From the NCBI GenBank assembly GCA_030141605.1, contig JAQGDQ010000002.1, forward strand, positions 1,178,001 through 1,242,000: a stretch of 64,000 bases of DNA, given 5' to 3'. Shown here piece after piece: positions 53,455 through 64,000 of this stretch (positions within the stretch are counted from its first letter, which is position 1; the number at the start of each line of letters is the position of its first letter). The DNA is from Tubiluchus corallicola (Eukaryota > Animalia > Priapulida). The notes beneath the pieces were generated by a model that worked only from the letters and a program-made list of their open reading frames with translations, did not search any database and was not told where the DNA came from. The position numbers were made by a program, and so were the translations under genes.

Positions 53455-54269
53455 ATTATTATAAGTACCGTATTATAAGTGTTCTTATTTTCTGTTTGCG
53501 GTTATTGTATTAATACGGCAAAATTCTCAGCATCAGTGTAATACAGTCACGTTACGTAATATATGAAGCTATATTGACTAGTCATAAATTTTTGCAATCA
53601 CTCTTTTAGTCTTTCGTTTTCTCTATAAACTAAACTAGCATTCATATTGAAAAGCCAAATTGAGTAAAACCGAGTAAAATCATTCATTTCAAACAGCACC
53701 TAAGCTGCGCTTGCAGGTTAATTAATAGTTGCCAATTAAAAGGCATCTATTGAGGAGATTACCTGTAAGTGAAAACCGTTTTTGAAAAATGTTAACTTTT
53801 TTGTTATTAGAAAAAGTAGTGAAATTAGGTAGTTCATACGTACTTTATAGTTTTAGGTTGCCTGGAGTTTGTTCGCTTATGTTTTTGAATTTTTTGATAA
53901 GTCTTTTGATATTTCTCAAAGGATTTAAATTAAGTCAAGATGCGACTAATTGCAAATCGTTGTTTAAAATGTGAGAGCTACACGTCATAGTTTGCAAAGC
54001 ACTTCGGATTTGGCTAGCCATTCAATGCCGGGCGTTTATTATATTAGTAGATGTAACAGTGTAATGACGACATGCACGCATGAACTAGTGTGTGTGTGTA
54101 CACCCACACCAATGCGTTGCACACACACGCAACCACGCATGCACACACACACAAACACACATGTGCATATAGAGGTACGCATGGGTGCTTTCATACATAT
54201 ATTCACAACATATTTTGGAACATACACACGCACGCAAGCGTGCACGCGCGCGCGCACACACACACATTA

Positions 54270-55562
54270 AGGGTGGTAAAAATGGTACAGGTAAAATTGG
54301 CACAAGAAAAAATGGCACGGTAAAAATGCCACAGGAAAAATGGCACATACGTTATTTCGATGCGATTGATTTCTATAATAATACTAGAATGCGCTCAGTA
54401 AGAAGTAGATCTCTGTCTAAACTCCGGGCTCATCCTATTATTTTGATGAATTAACACAAAGATAGACAAGCAAACGTACAAAAATGTACTTGTACTGGCA
54501 TTATATAGACTAGCAAAAAATTTCACAAAATATTTGTTCGTTAAATAGCTTTATAATCAATAATGCGCGAATCTTTTCAACCGTTAATTTTAGCGATGGC
54601 AATAGACTGACAAACACATACGTACTAAGGCATCTTATAAGGCTATACACATTAACAAGCAAAAGTTATTGACAGCATTACACCATTTTTGCAAGCGAGA
54701 ATTTCTCGAAATGGAGCTGGAACTAACTCCTATATGCAGATACTGATATATGCGTATGTGTTAATCGTGGGCAAACTCCGCTTCATTTATTGTTTGAATG
54801 CCGTCTAGTCGATACAACCAAAAGAAATGCTTTAACAGATAAATTACCAGCATTAAATATAAATCATATTATAGGCGAACGCATTTAGCAATGGATGACT
54901 TTCTGGCTAGTTTAATGTAAAACTTTAAAAAGTTTTTGTCAAAATAGGAAGGCCAAATTGTTATGCTAATATAGATATTGGTAGATAAATTGATAGATAA
55001 AATTGTGATTGCATTTACCGTTAAGTAGTTTTGCCCTACAAATAGAGGGCAGCACTAGTACATACTGTAGTATAATTTGTATTTGTGTGCAAATAAAAGA
55101 TTTATAATAAGAATAAGAATAATAACTCCTAGCGGTTTGTCCAAGCGGAGATAACAAAACAGATGTACTAAACACTCCCTCTGAGACCACCACGAAGTAC
55201 TTCACGAATGTTTTTTGTACGTTGTGTTTGGTCAAGAAGCGGCGAAAAGAATCCCATTTTGGCGTCCTATAACCGCCTTTCTTCACAAAGTTTCTTGGAA
55301 ATTTGTTTGACAGTTTTTACGTAATGGGCTTTCTGCCGTAACAAACAGAAAACAACCAAGCAAACAGACAAACAAAATGCGTTAAAGCTAACTTCCTTGA
55401 CAGAGGCAAAAATAACTAAAATAATTATCCCCCACTGTAACTCCTCTGTCATTTTTAAAGGTGCCATTTTTGCCTTCTTTTCCATTTGAGCCATTTTTCC
55501 TGTGCCATTTTTTCTTGTGTTATTTTTACTATGCCATTTTTTTCTGTGCCATTTTTACCTAC
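54270..55562. mobile_element. ~1.3-kb Mutator/foldback-like element with TIRs of tandem aaaaatggcac units
   Basis: Left ggtaaaaatggtacaggtaaaattggcac... (54275-54347) and right ...gtgccatttttttctgtgccatttttacc (55460-55559) are inverted arrays of the same ~16-bp unit. Confidence 0.75.
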
Positions 55563-56351
55563 ATTACAGTTGAGTTATTGGCCCGAACTAGCAGAGCTGC
55601 TCTGAACTCCCACCCTAGTAACCCAATATCAGTCAGAGCCACCTAACTTTATCAGTGATACATCATTACATTTTGAATGCACTCAACACGGGAGTTTACT
55701 TATAGGCCTATGCGTCTTTCTGTAAGATATCCAGAACACATTTTAAGAAAGAAAGACGTGCTTACAACAATTAGCCTAATTGCTAATTAACTAAAGAATG
55801 AAGCACTGAAACATACACACAACTCACGCGCGCACACAAGCACGCCTAAGCAAGCACCTCTCACTAGAATGCTGTAAAATAACCAGTTGTCTTTGTTTCA
55901 TCCATTTCGATTCCGTTCTGGTGATCACATGTTTAGTTCGTAGGTTTCCACAAAATTACAACAATAGCTACTGCCCTAATAATGTCTTTTTTGCATTATG
56001 TGAAGAAAATAACGAAAGTCATCCACACAATAGTGCACTAATTACTTCAGTCTTTTTTTTAATTTGAGCAAAACAAAATAAAGGCTAGCAAAGTCACTGA
56101 GAAACAAACAATGAAATAGTGGCGTACATAACTGTCATAATTACATTGATAGAGGCACGTGTAATAGTGATGTTAAATTTCGATTTATGACAAGCGCAAA
56201 GCGGGGCTGCACTGTTCTATGAGAAGAAAGACGAAAACAGAAAACTATGCTTACAAAATTGTAGATGTCGTATATGAATCTCGTCATAGTTTTCATAAAT
56301 TATTATCTTTGTCAGTTTGAGTTATATAACTGGCGACATATATTTTACCAG

Positions 56352-56466
56352 GAATTGTCATGGTAGTGGTAATACATCCAGGAAACCAAGACATAAAGAA
56401 GCAACTTGGTGAGGGAAAAAAAGCACAGGAGGTGACCACCCTCGACGCCTTTCTTGACCTCCTCCG
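56352..56466 (+). CDS. SLC1A2: EAAT2-like exon (end of TM3 and start of the 3-4 loop); too short for the ORF track
   Basis: ttttaccAG|GA; '[38 protein letters not shown]', close to EAAT2 [32 protein letters not shown]; |GTAATT; phase 1-2. Confidence 0.93.
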
Positions 56467-57397
56467 GTAATTCTTCGTATGCTTTTTAATCGCCTTTAAT
56501 TATTAATCGCAAAAACAAGTGTACTAAGGGTTTTTGAACACATTTTCTTGCTTTCATGATGCATAGCTTTGCAGATTTATTATGTGTTATTTAAGTCCGA
56601 CAGATAGTAGCGTTGATAAAATAAGATACTTTAAGTTAAGCTTGTACGTTCGTATTATTCAGGTATTCGACGTTTTAGTAGTTTGTCACGGATTCCCGTG
56701 ATTGAGTTCTACTCTGCTGTTAGACCTTTCATTTACAGTATTGCAAACTAGTTTATTCCGGTTCTTACAACCTTTGCAAATCTACCTAGAGTCGTTCAAT
56801 TAGGTTAACCTTGAATTATTTATACTGGCTTCATTCTAAAGTTATAAATTCCTTGGTCACCCTTGTACAGGTGACCATTTGATGCTTGCTATTCTTACAA
56901 GCAAACGTCATATGATCCGCCTAATTCGTTAGGTTATTTTTTTCCCTCTTTTCAATAGTTTTTTATAGTTATGTGCTGTTTGCGCGTTATATATCTAGCA
57001 TTGCTACTCTGTGTTTATTGGATTAACTATGTGCTAAAGTGAATAAAGTGAATGATTGGTTGTCCTGCTGTAATAGAAAGTAATAATGTAAATGCGCCAA
57101 ATCATGTAAGTTGCAGTAAATTATATTTTGGGTGGCCACTCTTTTAATCAAATGGTTGTGCGCTTTTTATTAAAAGTCAAGAATTAATCTAAATTATATA
57201 TTTCAATAACAGCAAACCATTTTAATTAACAACTGGTAAACTTAAGCGTTATGCACCTTTTGCTATAAAACCAAATTAGACTATGTACATTCCCACGCAT
57301 TTGTTTAATTCTAATCAACAAATTAAAAACCAGGCCGATGTCTCTCCCACAAACTTCTGAAAAAATGAGCATTTTTCACTTAGTTTGCCTTTCTTTG

Positions 57398-57583
57398 TTC
57401 TGTTCTCATCTGTCCTGTCCTGTCCTGTCCAGTCTTGTCCTATCTTGTCCTGTCCTGGCTTGTCCTGTCTTGCTCTGTTCTGTCCTTTCCTGTCCTGTCC
57501 GGTCCGGCTATCTATCATGTCCTGTGCGTGCTATGCTCTGCTGTGCTGTGCTGTTCTGCGCTGTCCTGTCTTGTCCTGTCCTG
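57398..57583. repeat. (CTGTC)n / (CTGTG)n pentanucleotide repeat
   Basis: Seen directly; a more degenerate relative occurs at ~20315-20390. Confidence 0.9.
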
Positions 57584-58262
57584 ACATTTGTTACTTTTTG
57601 CTTTAACTTGCATGTGCTTCTTGTACCGTCTTCAACAGAGAAGGTTTGCACATAAAAATGTGTTTTTTTTATTATAATAAGTGAGCAGTTTCTAAAAGAG
57701 AAAGAAAGGATTTTAAAGTAGATCCAGAAAACTTTCTATACAAGGTTTTATTACTTAGCATTATATTTACGTGTTTGAATTGATGTTACGTGTTTGAATT
57801 GATGTAACTAAAATATCCTAATAATTTCAAATATTTGCGCCAGCTGACAAAACATCACTGTATCACCATTCCAGGGTGCACTACTGGCTCACAAAAATAT
57901 ATTATTTATCCTATTTATCAATGAAAACTAATAAAACTAATTCATACTTTTGCTTAATTAGCAACAGTGCACTACGAATGCTGTGATTATTTTTTCAAAC
58001 TTTACGCAATATTATCTAAACTTGTTTTTAAACGACTTACCATTAAAATAGCTGCGCCTACAGTCATCACGAGTTCTTAAATTTACAAGATTTGTACAGT
58101 GCTACTACTAACGCGAACTGTATGCAATGGGGCAACATGTAAGTAATGCAAAATTTCAAAACGAATTTTTTAAGCTCAGCTTTAAGAAGAGTGTTTACTC
58201 TCTTTTACATTTCCTGCTGTTCGAATTACCTTGAGTAATTCTGGACAAAGTTTTACTTCTAG

Positions 58263-58468
58263 CAACTTGTTTCCGGAGAACGTGGTCCAAGCATGCTTTA
58301 AACAAACACAAACTGGATATGAATATGAAAAAATTATGAAAAACGTCACAAGGCACGTGACCCCGCCACCTGGTGAGCCAGCAACGTCAGTGAGGTTACA
58401 TTTGGAAAACATAACCGAAATCGTAAAAACGAGAAAAATTGATTACAAGGACGGAACCAACATTCTTG
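58263..58468 (+). CDS. SLC1A2: EAAT2-like exon (TM4 and extracellular loop)
   Basis: ttacttctAG|C; 'NLFPENVVQACFKQ...NVT...NIT...YKDGTNILG'; |GTAAGA; phase 2-1. Confidence 0.93.
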
Positions 58469-59371
58469 GTAAGATTACTAATTAGCTTAATTAGCTAAAA
58501 TTAATTTTAATTTTCATGATGAATATTTCACCCTATGATTTCTTTTAAATTGTACATAAAATCTATTGGTGTCGATTCTCAATTTTTAGTCATATTTTAC
58601 TTGTGTTACCACTACAGACGCAATCAAAATATTGACGTTTGAGTAATTTGAAAAAGTAGCGAAATTTCTGCGAAGCCTGCATAAATATTAAAATGTAATA
58701 TTAATGTGTGAAATTTCCACCGTATATTCAAATAAGTTACACAATGACATTTAATTTTATATTTCGCACTACAAAAAATAAAGGTAACTACTTCCCAAAA
58801 AACGATTATTATTTCCGTTAGTATTTTCTTAATACGATTCAGCCTAGAGTCGAGCACCTGCTTCTGTATTACAAAGCGAGTAACAGGCTTATGCCGAGCG
58901 AAGATTTAAAAAAAACAATTAGAAGTTCCTGGCATTTTGGAAAATGAACTGTATACAGCTTTCTGATATTTTGAATTATTTTCGTCATACATGTAATTCA
59001 GAATACAACATTTATCAACCTAACTTTTGAATTTTGTAAGATTATATATAAACCACAAACTGTCTTTTCACTCTTTTAACATCACATCAAGTTTCTTTTC
59101 ACTCCTGAAGGTTTTGATCTATTGAGTTTTCGTAACTTTACAGAACTTTTGCGCCCTACCCAGAAAAAATGTCTTGATTTTTATCATGTTAGTAGAATGA
59201 TTATGTTTATGATTAACAGTAGTGATCAGTAGTATGTTAATGGTTAACTATGAGCAATGTATTTGGTACATGTAAAATAATTATACCAATTAGCAAAACC
59301 CCGCGACCTTGACTTTCGCATCGCTAGTCACGCTCGCAGACTGATTTCGGTCAACGTACAACGTTCTTTAC

Positions 59372-59832
59372 CCTCTCATTCTCTCACTCACTCATTCACT
59401 CACTCACTCACTCACTCACTCACTCACTCACTCACTCACTCTCTTTCTCTTCCACTTTTTCCCTCTCTCCATTTCTCTCTTCCTTTTTCTTTCACAGTTC
59501 CTTCTATTTCTCTTCTCTGTTTTCCGCCCATTCTCCCTCCCCTTGTCTCTCTTTTTCTCCCCTTACTCCTTTTTAACAATCCCTTTTTTCTGCCTCTTTT
59601 CCTTTTTCTCCCTTCTCTCCTTTTTCTTTCTCTCTTTCTCTCTGTTTCTTTCTCTTTCTTTCTCTTATTCTCCCACTCCGTTCCTCTCTTTCCTATTTCC
59701 TATTTTTCTACTTCTCCCTCTCTCCCCTCTCCCTCCCCGTTTCTCTCTCTCTCTAACACTAACTCTCTCTTCTGTCTTTACCTCTCCTTCTCTCACTTTT
59801 TTTCTTTCTCTCACCCTTTCGCATTCTCTCTC
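59372..59832. repeat. (CACT)n microsatellite followed by a ~390-bp polypyrimidine tract
   Basis: Seen directly in the sequence. Confidence 0.92.
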
Positions 59833-59854
59833 ATTATAGTATTTTCGCCTATAA

Positions 59855-60273
59855 TACATCAAAGCGTCCAGCGTCTGGTGTCACCATTCCAACATCTATA
59901 AACCACATATGAAACGTGTTACATTTCGTCAATAAACTCGTCTATGAAACAAGATTTTGGCAAGGAACGCTGGAAGCAAGACGCTCGAAATCAAAGGCCC
60001 GTCTTATTTTTGAGCGTTTGGGGTGCAGCGTTCATCGTCTGTTCCTTTACTAGCCAATGATGACCGAGCCTGTGTTCACACGTTGTATGCACAGGTAAAT
60101 TATAATGTTAATAAACGATGAAAAATGAAAGCACTGCAGAAATAAAATTGATTAGTATATCATCCTTTTTGTTTTCATGGAGGTTGGACACCATGCGCCT
60201 TGTTTTAACATCCAGTGAACGCTGGACGCTGGAAGCTGGCAGCCAGATACCAGGCGCAGGACGTTTTGGTGTA
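59855..60273. mobile_element. ~420-bp MITE with 28-bp imperfect TIRs
   Basis: Left tacatcaaagcgtccagcgtctggtgtc versus the reverse complement of the right end, tacaccaaaacgtcctgcgcctggtatc (5 mismatches). Internal acgctgga subrepeats and TA at both boundaries. Confidence 0.7.
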
Positions 60274-61404
60274 AATATTAAACAATTAAAAGTGTTTATG
60301 TCTAGTCAGAACTCCATTGTCAATGTTACGTTGCTCAAAGAAACTTTCCCATTGAAGCAATTCCTAACCGACGAAAAATCGGTGAAAGGAAATAAGTTTT
60401 TCGAAAAAAGAATGTCCTGTAGCTACCCTCTAAAGCACGACGATCAAGACGACATAAAAAAACTCGTCTGTGCATGGCGTGGATGTCGAGATGTAGCGTG
60501 AACAAATACGTAGGCCTACATGCCTTGTTCCGTTATTAATAGATGTAATGTGTAAGCATATTTTTAAAGTATACTGGAACACTTGCAGTGTCACTAAATT
60601 AACTTCCACCTGTAAGACAAAACGCGGGTCTGACTATTTTAATTACTGCTTTGTGTACAGTGTTACTGAACTCTATGCGAACTTGTACAATCCTTAGAGT
60701 GATGTCTCGAGTAAAATTGAGTATGGCTGCACTGGCCAATGACGAATGTTCGTCCCCAATGATGTCAATTCTAATCAACTGTGCATTAAATTACTGCATT
60801 AGTGATGTCTTGGCTCTAAATCTACAAGCTCCTCATGTGGCGAGTTTCCTTCTCGGGAAGAGACTGGCAAATTTTTCGCGCCAGGTTTTGCTTGCCGAAA
60901 AGCATGCAGTGCAGCACTCAGATTAAAGACAGGTTTTAGGTTTTCATGCAAAATGTTAAGAGCAGAGAAAATTTGTAAAACTGTAAGGGAGATGAAGCCA
61001 CCTGTATTTCAAAAATTGAAATTTCGAGCTATGATCGCAAAAACCTTCGGAATACGTTCTAAACAAAGAAGTTTAATTCGTTACTAATCGTTATTGATTG
61101 CTAGCTGGTTCGTCCCTCGGAATCTTTGCTAGCGTCCGTATTTTATTGAAACTGCACCCTGCTTGAGTTTAATAACGGCAGTTTCGCATAAAAACTCATT
61201 TGCGCTTTCCTGAGGCTGTGATACTTTGTAATGACAGTATGCCTGATTATTACAACTGATGTACTTGCGGCTATTTGGTAAAATAACAAGCCAGATTTAA
61301 TAGGAACATGACATAAATATTAATGAAGCTTACTATCATGAACAAAATTTTAATCAAAATAAGCGTCTTCTAGCTCAACTGGAAGATTTATTATCTTGCT
61401 TCAG

Positions 61405-61531
61405 GTTTGATTACATTTTGTACCGCATTTGGTGTGATGATTAGTTCTATGGGAGATGAGGGAAGGCTGATGGTTGACTTCTTTACCGTTCTTAATGATG
61501 TTATCATGCGTATTGTTGTGCTGGTCATGTG
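61405..61531 (+). CDS. SLC1A2: EAAT2-like exon (TM4c-TM5)
   Basis: cttgcttcAG|GT; 'GLITFCTAFGVMISSMGDEGRLMVDFFTVLNDVIMRIVVLVMW'; |GTAAGT; phase 1-2. Confidence 0.93.
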
Positions 61532-62142
61532 GTAAGTTTGCTTGAATATACGCTCTGATATACATTGATATTGGCTTATTCATTAGTTATCCAAGATTTT
61601 TAGATTAAAAGGGTGATGCGTAAGCTAAGAGATATAAGAGATATAGGGTGCAGTTGTATAGCTGTTAGCTATAAGATTCGCTTCTGTAGGCACCGTTTCA
61701 ATTGAGATACACAGTGTGCATAATGAAAATTGAAGCCTGAAAAATTTTAATCAGTAAATTACAGCTTCATGTAGTGTCTTTCAAGCGTCAAATTTTGTTC
61801 AAGGCAGTGTGCACATTCTTCATGATAATATCTCCACTAGAGTAATTTTAAATTTACATGGTTTTCTTTTTTTGTTTTAATATAAAAAGATGGTGTAGGT
61901 ATGTTATTGTTTTGGATTAGCCATCTATTGTAACCATCTACCGCTTTGTCATCTTGCATTTACATTACATTCATGGCCATTTACAGAAAACACAACAATT
62001 AACTTTGATGAATGCACGTCTACTGTGTAGGCTCAACGTTAGAATTTTTTAATCACTGAGATTTAAACCGTCTGAATTTTTTTAAAAACTACATAGAAAA
62101 GGCTATGTACTATGTGTTCTCTAGTCCAGCTTACTTTTTCAG

Positions 62143-62376
62143 GTACTCGCCATTTGGTATAATGTTCCTTATTGCTGGCAAGATCATGGAAATAGAGAAT
62201 ATGGCGACAATGGCAAAACAGTTAGGGATGTACATGGTGACGGTGGTTTCCGGTCTAGCTGTGCATGCGCTCTTTGTCTTACCGGGACTGTTTTTCTTGA
62301 TCACAAGAAGAAATCCATGGAAATTTTTCAAGGGGATGCTGCAAGCCTGGATCACTGCTTTGGGTACAGCATCAAG
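62143..62376 (+). CDS. SLC1A2: EAAT2-like exon (TM5-TM6-HP1)
   Basis: ctttttcAG|G; '[16 protein letters not shown]...LGMYMVTV...[24 protein letters not shown]'; |GTATAG; phase 2-2. Confidence 0.95.
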
Positions 62377-62824
62377 GTATAGTTTAGTAAACCCTGTCAC
62401 TATTAATGTTCATGGTTCTTCTCATGTCATTCTCTTGGATTTTTTCGAGGAATAAACATTTGTTAAATTGTTATGTGATAAATTTACTACTACTATGAGA
62501 AAAGACAGCTTGATTTTTAGGAATGCATGAATAAAATATATTAAAAATCTTGAGTAGACCGATATAGGCTATTAATGTAAGTTAAAAATGGTTACTGGTT
62601 ATAGATTTCCCAAACCTTTTGTTTACACAATTTATAACTGTAACTGCAGTAGTCGTCAGTAACTATTATAGACATTGTAGCATCAATTATTGATAGCTCT
62701 AAACGCAGCACGTATATAGGCACGCACAGGCACGTAACATTTATACGGCCATTAATTGATTTCACAAGAAGATATTGAAATTATTGGAAATGTCGTTAAA
62801 CACAATAAATGTCATCTATTACAG

Positions 62825-63019
62825 TGCTGCTACATTACCCATTACATTCCGGTGTTTGGAGGAGAACAATCACGTGGACAAGAGGGTGACACGGTTTGTA
62901 CTGCCGATAGGAGCAACCATCAATATGGACGGTACGGCACTCTATGAAGCCGTCGCAGCGATATTCATAGCCCAGATGAACGGCATGCCATTGTCTGCTG
63001 GAAAAATTATTACTGTTAG
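62825..63019 (+). CDS. SLC1A2: EAAT2-like exon (HP1 and TM7 with the NMDG motif)
   Basis: attacAG|T; '[53 protein letters not shown]'; |GTAAAT; phase 2-2. Confidence 0.96.
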
Positions 63020-63992
63020 GTAAATATCGTTGGCTGAATAGTTATTGACTTTCGTCAAAAGATGGCAGCATTGACTCCTTTCGGAAGTGAAAGCTGTGAC
63101 TGATCTGACTGAACTTCCTATTGAAACCAGTTTCTAGTTTCAAATGAAAAGGTGCACTCGATTTTTGTAAAAGTGAAACTGAAACGAGCTGAAAAACATT
63201 TAAGAAAATTTTGCAGTTTTTCTGTCTCGAAACTAATCATTGTCATTCTGCCTTACGACTCTTAAAACAAGCACATTTTTGTTTTCGAAAATAATAACGC
63301 GAAAATGTTTATAACTACAGTATAATATGAAAACCGTCTTGTAGTGCAGCAATGTCCACTGTGCAGGACAACGTATAAGGATGAGTGACCATACAGATCA
63401 TTTGCTTCTGATGTGTTAATCCGAGCAGTTTTAATCATCGCGACTTAACTTTCATTTTGGCACCTGTTGAGTGTGCCCGATTACCAACCCTTTGCGCATT
63501 GCCTTGTTGGTTGCCATGGCATGTTAATATTATTAAAATTTTAATGTAAATCGAATCCTTACAGATTCATTCTCCATTATTTCATCATCTTTCTAAGTAA
63601 TAAATAAAGTTAAAGCTAAACTTAAATCTAAACTATGCAACTCTTGATATTATGTATATAATACTGAAAGTTCTATCATTTGGAAATCTTAATTTTAAAA
63701 GAATTAAGATCGCAACAACGATTTCTCATTGCAACCTCGATATAATTTTATTGACTATTTGATAAGTGCTAAAAACTGTAGGTTTCGTCATCACTGGTGC
63801 CATAAGCCTTAGTTTCAGTGTTTTTCAAGTAGTCAAAAAATGATGATGTAATGTTACAATCAGTCACTATTCTGCAATCTTGAAATTTATTTTTAAGTGA
63901 AAATGTGCAAGTTTTTTGCGTTCTTTGTGCCTTACACCTGAATCTTATTTTAAATTTATTTGTGTTTTCTAATCTTCGTTTCTGTATTTTAG

Positions 63993-64000
63993 TTTAACAG
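63993..64000 (+). CDS. SLC1A2: Start of the next EAAT2-like exon (HP2: S-L-T-A...), truncated by the window edge
   Basis: Polypyrimidine tract plus ttttAG|T TTA ACA G gives phase-2 'SLTA', the expected continuation (SLTATLASIGAA in EAATs). Confidence 0.75.

Noticed and set aside
53971-54454. His/Thr/Cys-Val-rich ORFs on both strands
   Set aside because: Derived from (CA)n/(CG)n low-complexity sequence and the adjacent TIR array.
57315-57655. Cys-rich 'SCPVL' repeat ORF resembling a metallothionein or keratin-associated protein
   Set aside because: Translation of an intronic (CTGTC)n repeat.

Overview
AT-rich, intron-containing animal (probably invertebrate) genomic DNA; nothing prokaryotic is visible. 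There are two host genes, both on the + strand. (1) The single ~2.5-kb terminal coding exon of the FG-nucleoporin Nup214 (2793-5314), followed by polyA signals. (2) The 5' part of an EAAT2/SLC1A2-type glutamate transporter: eight phase-consistent coding exons at 48152-63019, with the next exon starting at 63993. The rest, including the ~42-kb gap between the genes, is a mosaic of decayed non-LTR retrotransposons (CR1/L2-like, RTE-like and a near-complete Rex1/Babar ORF2), non-autonomous DNA elements (Kolobok-like TTAA elements, hAT-like and Harbinger-like MITEs, elements with tandem-repeat TIRs), a tRNA-Thr(UGU)-derived SINE/pseudogene and many microsatellites. The most unusual features are two ~90-100-nt near-perfect palindromes with shared architecture, an inverted pair of ~600-bp elements just upstream of the transporter's first coding exon, and a Cys-Cys tandem-repeat N-terminal segment in the transporter reached through a rare GAG acceptor. 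No clear novel multi-gene system is evident. All family assignments come from motifs recognised by eye, not from database searches.
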